Assembly (NCBI GenBank): GCA_034431495.1
Contig: DAOUDB010000064.1
Span: forward strand, 1 to 56,903
Source: Thermoflexales bacterium
GTDB lineage: Bacteria; Chloroflexota; Anaerolineae; J036; Brachytrichaceae
Length of the DNA: 56,903 nucleotides
Direction of reading: 5' to 3'
Each line of letters opens with the position of its first letter. The first letter of the stretch is position 1. Of the stretch, positions 55,219-56,903 are shown piece by piece. The notes under the pieces were generated by a model that was not told the origin of the DNA, searched no databases, and saw only the letters and a program-made list of their open reading frames with translations. The translations under genes were made by a program, and so were the position numbers.

Positions 55219-56903
55219 TCAGTCTTCGATCGCCGCTTTTTGGGCGTTGATCTGCCGGATGATGGCCGGGTCGAACTTGGGCGCGCGCTGGTAGGTGTAC
55301 AGCCCGTTCACCTCCTGCTCGACATCGGTGAGCTGCGTGTAGCAGAAGCCGAACATGTTCGGGTTGAAGAGCAGCGTTTCGGTCAGCGCCTTGTAGCGTG
55401 CCAGGAATTCCTCGGCGTTGCGCGGGCGGTTGCCATAGCCCCAGCTCTTGTCGTCGGACTGGCCGGGGTTCCACCAGATGCCGCCGTATTCAGAGACGAA
55501 GTAGGGCTGACCCTGGTACGGCGCATCGTGCTGGGGGAAGTTGCGCCAGGCGTCTTCGCCGGTCAACTTAAATAGCTCGTAGGTCTGCGCGAAGCGGGCT
55601 GGATCTTGTTCGTAGTTGTGACAGTCGTAAATGTCGGTCTCCACATGCACGTAGCCGCTGGCGTCGATGACGGGCCGCGTCTGGTCGAGTGTCTTGGTGA
55701 TGCGGTAAACTGCGCGCAGGAGTTCCGGATTTTGACGGGTGGGCGTTTCGTTGAAGGGGCACCAGCCGATGATGGAGGGGTGATTGAAGTCGCGCTCGAC
55801 CACTTCGACCCACTCCGGCAGGAAACGCTCCAGCGCCTGCGGGTGCGCCGTGTCGATGCCCCAACTGGGGAATTCGCCCCACACCAGATAGCCCAGCCGG
55901 TCGGCCCAGTACAGGAAGCGCTCCTCGAACACCTTCTGGTGCAGCCGGGCGCCATTGAAGCCCATGGTCATGGATAGTTCGATGTCCCGGCGCAGCGCGT
56001 CGTCGCTTGGCGCGGTGTAGATGCCGTCGGGGTAGAAGCCCTGATCCAGAATCAGTCGCTGAAAGATCGAGCGGTTGTTGATGAGCACACGCTTGCCGGT
56101 GATGCGCACATCGCGCAACCCGAAGTAACTCTCGGCTCGGTCGATCAGGCGATCGCCCTGCCACAGGGTGAACGTGATGTCGTACAGGAAGGGATCACCC
56201 GGCTGCCACAGACGCGGGCCAGGAATGGTCAGCGTGAAGGCGCACTGCCCGTTGGCGCTGATGGGCATGTCGGTCTGGCACACAGGCGCCCCCTCAGCCG
56301 AGACCGCCGCGCGCAGGGTCAACCCCTCGGCAGGGCCGTCGACGCCGATGTGGACGGTCAGGCTGCCCCAGTTGGGGTCTGTGAAGTAGCGCGGCCGGCG
56401 CAGATAGGTGGCGGGGACGGCCTCGAGCCACACGGTTTGCCAGATGCCGGTGGTGCGGGTGTAGAAGCAGGCGTAGGACTCGTAGCGGTCGGACTGCTTG
56501 CCGGTGGGCTGCAAGGGGCTGCGCGTGTCGTCGGCGGCGAAAACGGTCAGCGTGTTCTGGCCGGGGGCGAGGTAAGGCGTGATCTCGAGCGTGAAGGAGG
56601 CATAGCCGCCCAGATGCCGGCCGGCCAACTGCCCATTGACCCACACCGTTGCGGCGTAGTCCACTGCGCCAAAGTGCAGCAGAATGCGTTTGCCCTGCCA
56701 GTCCTCGGGCAGGGTGAACGCGCGCCGGTACCACACGCCGGCCATGAAGTCCTTGTCACCGATGCCGGACAGCTCGCTCTCAGGGCAGAAAGGCACGGTG
56801 ATCGTGCCGGCGAACAGCTTGCCCTGCTGCAGTCCACGCTCCAGGCCAGACAATCCGTAGTCGATCTCGAAGTCCCATGCGCCGTTCAGGTTTTGCCAGT
56901 CGG
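55219..56903 (-). CDS. Glycoside hydrolase family 2 protein (beta-galactosidase / beta-glucuronidase-like), N-terminus beyond right window edge
   Basis: GH2 sugar-binding domain (VPFCPESELSGIGDKDF.GVWYRR.F.LP..W.GKRILLHFGAVDYAATVWVNG) and a TIM-barrel region (NGARLHQKV.., WGEFPSWG, NHPSIIGWCPFNE). The frame stays open upstream of the ORF-track TTG (..DWQNLNGAWDFEIDYG..), so the CDS is partial. Confidence 0.88.
   Translation of the reverse strand, partial: DWQNLNGAWDFEIDYGLSGLERGLQQGKLFAGTITVPFCPESELSGIGDKDFMAGVWYRRAFTLPEDWQGKRILLHFGAVDYAATVWVNGQLAGRHLGGYASFTLEITPYLAPGQNTLTVFAADDTRSPLQPTGKQSDRYESYACFYTRTTGIWQTVWLEAVPATYLRRPRYFTDPNWGSLTVHIGVDGPAEGLTLRAAVSAEGAPVCQTDMPISANGQCAFTLTIPGPRLWQPGDPFLYDITFTLWQGDRLIDRAESYFGLRDVRITGKRVLINNRSIFQRLILDQGFYPDGIYTAPSDDALRRDIELSMTMGFNGARLHQKVFEERFLYWADRLGYLVWGEFPSWGIDTAHPQALERFLPEWVEVVERDFNHPSIIGWCPFNETPTRQNPELLRAVYRITKTLDQTRPVIDASGYVHVETDIYDCHNYEQDPARFAQTYELFKLTGEDAWRNFPQHDAPYQGQPYFVSEYGGIWWNPGQSDDKSWGYGNRPRNAEEFLARYKALTETLLFNPNMFGFCYTQLTDVEQEVNGLYTYQRAPKFDPAIIRQINAQKAAIED

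Overview
High-GC (about 65% in spot counts) bacterial chromosomal window. The gene content suggests a filamentous Chloroflexota-type organism, but that is inference only. No rRNA, tRNA, CRISPR array, transposase or integrase was recognised. Most of the window is housekeeping or ordinary accessory metabolism: a sugar-utilisation cluster (GH95 fragment, large orphan protein, UxaA-family dehydratase), a NarL-type two-component pair, dnaX-ybaB-recR, a lipid desaturase, a polyprenyl-phosphate sugar transferase, rpsF-ssb, an F1 ATP synthase cluster (atpA-atpG-X-atpD-atpC), mreB-maf, an M50 protease, a 1410-aa secreted multi-domain protein, and a translationally coupled EamA / citrate-synthase-like / AlaX / AzlCD chain. 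The main result is an accessory stretch at about 39.2-46.8 kb. It contains (i) an ABC/OLD-type ATPase with a small DUF4276-like, Toprim-like partner; (ii) a 1019-aa protein in which a ClpB-like double AAA+ ATPase is fused to a full-length RF2-like release-factor module that lacks both the GGQ and the SPF motifs; (iii) a DPPxF SAM-methyltransferase; and (iv) a convergent DUF5131 (Gp37/Gp68, three-Cys) / TcmP pair. I know of no described system with the AAA+/GGQ-less-RF architecture, and it is the top candidate for a new translation-targeting or ribosome-surveillance system. Secondary observations: a CysO-like ubiquitin-fold sulfur carrier fused in-frame to a MoeZ-type E1-rhodanese; a GT39-like membrane protein overlapping the atpG stop inside the atp cluster; a roughly 40-aa insertion in atpA; a predicted pol-beta nucleotidyltransferase with an unknown partner; a family of 7-8 bp intergenic tandem repeats; a 16-bp tandem palindrome repeat between the response regulator and kinase genes; and a promoter-plus-terminator leader ahead of rpsF. 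All family assignments come from reading the translations by eye; no searches were run.
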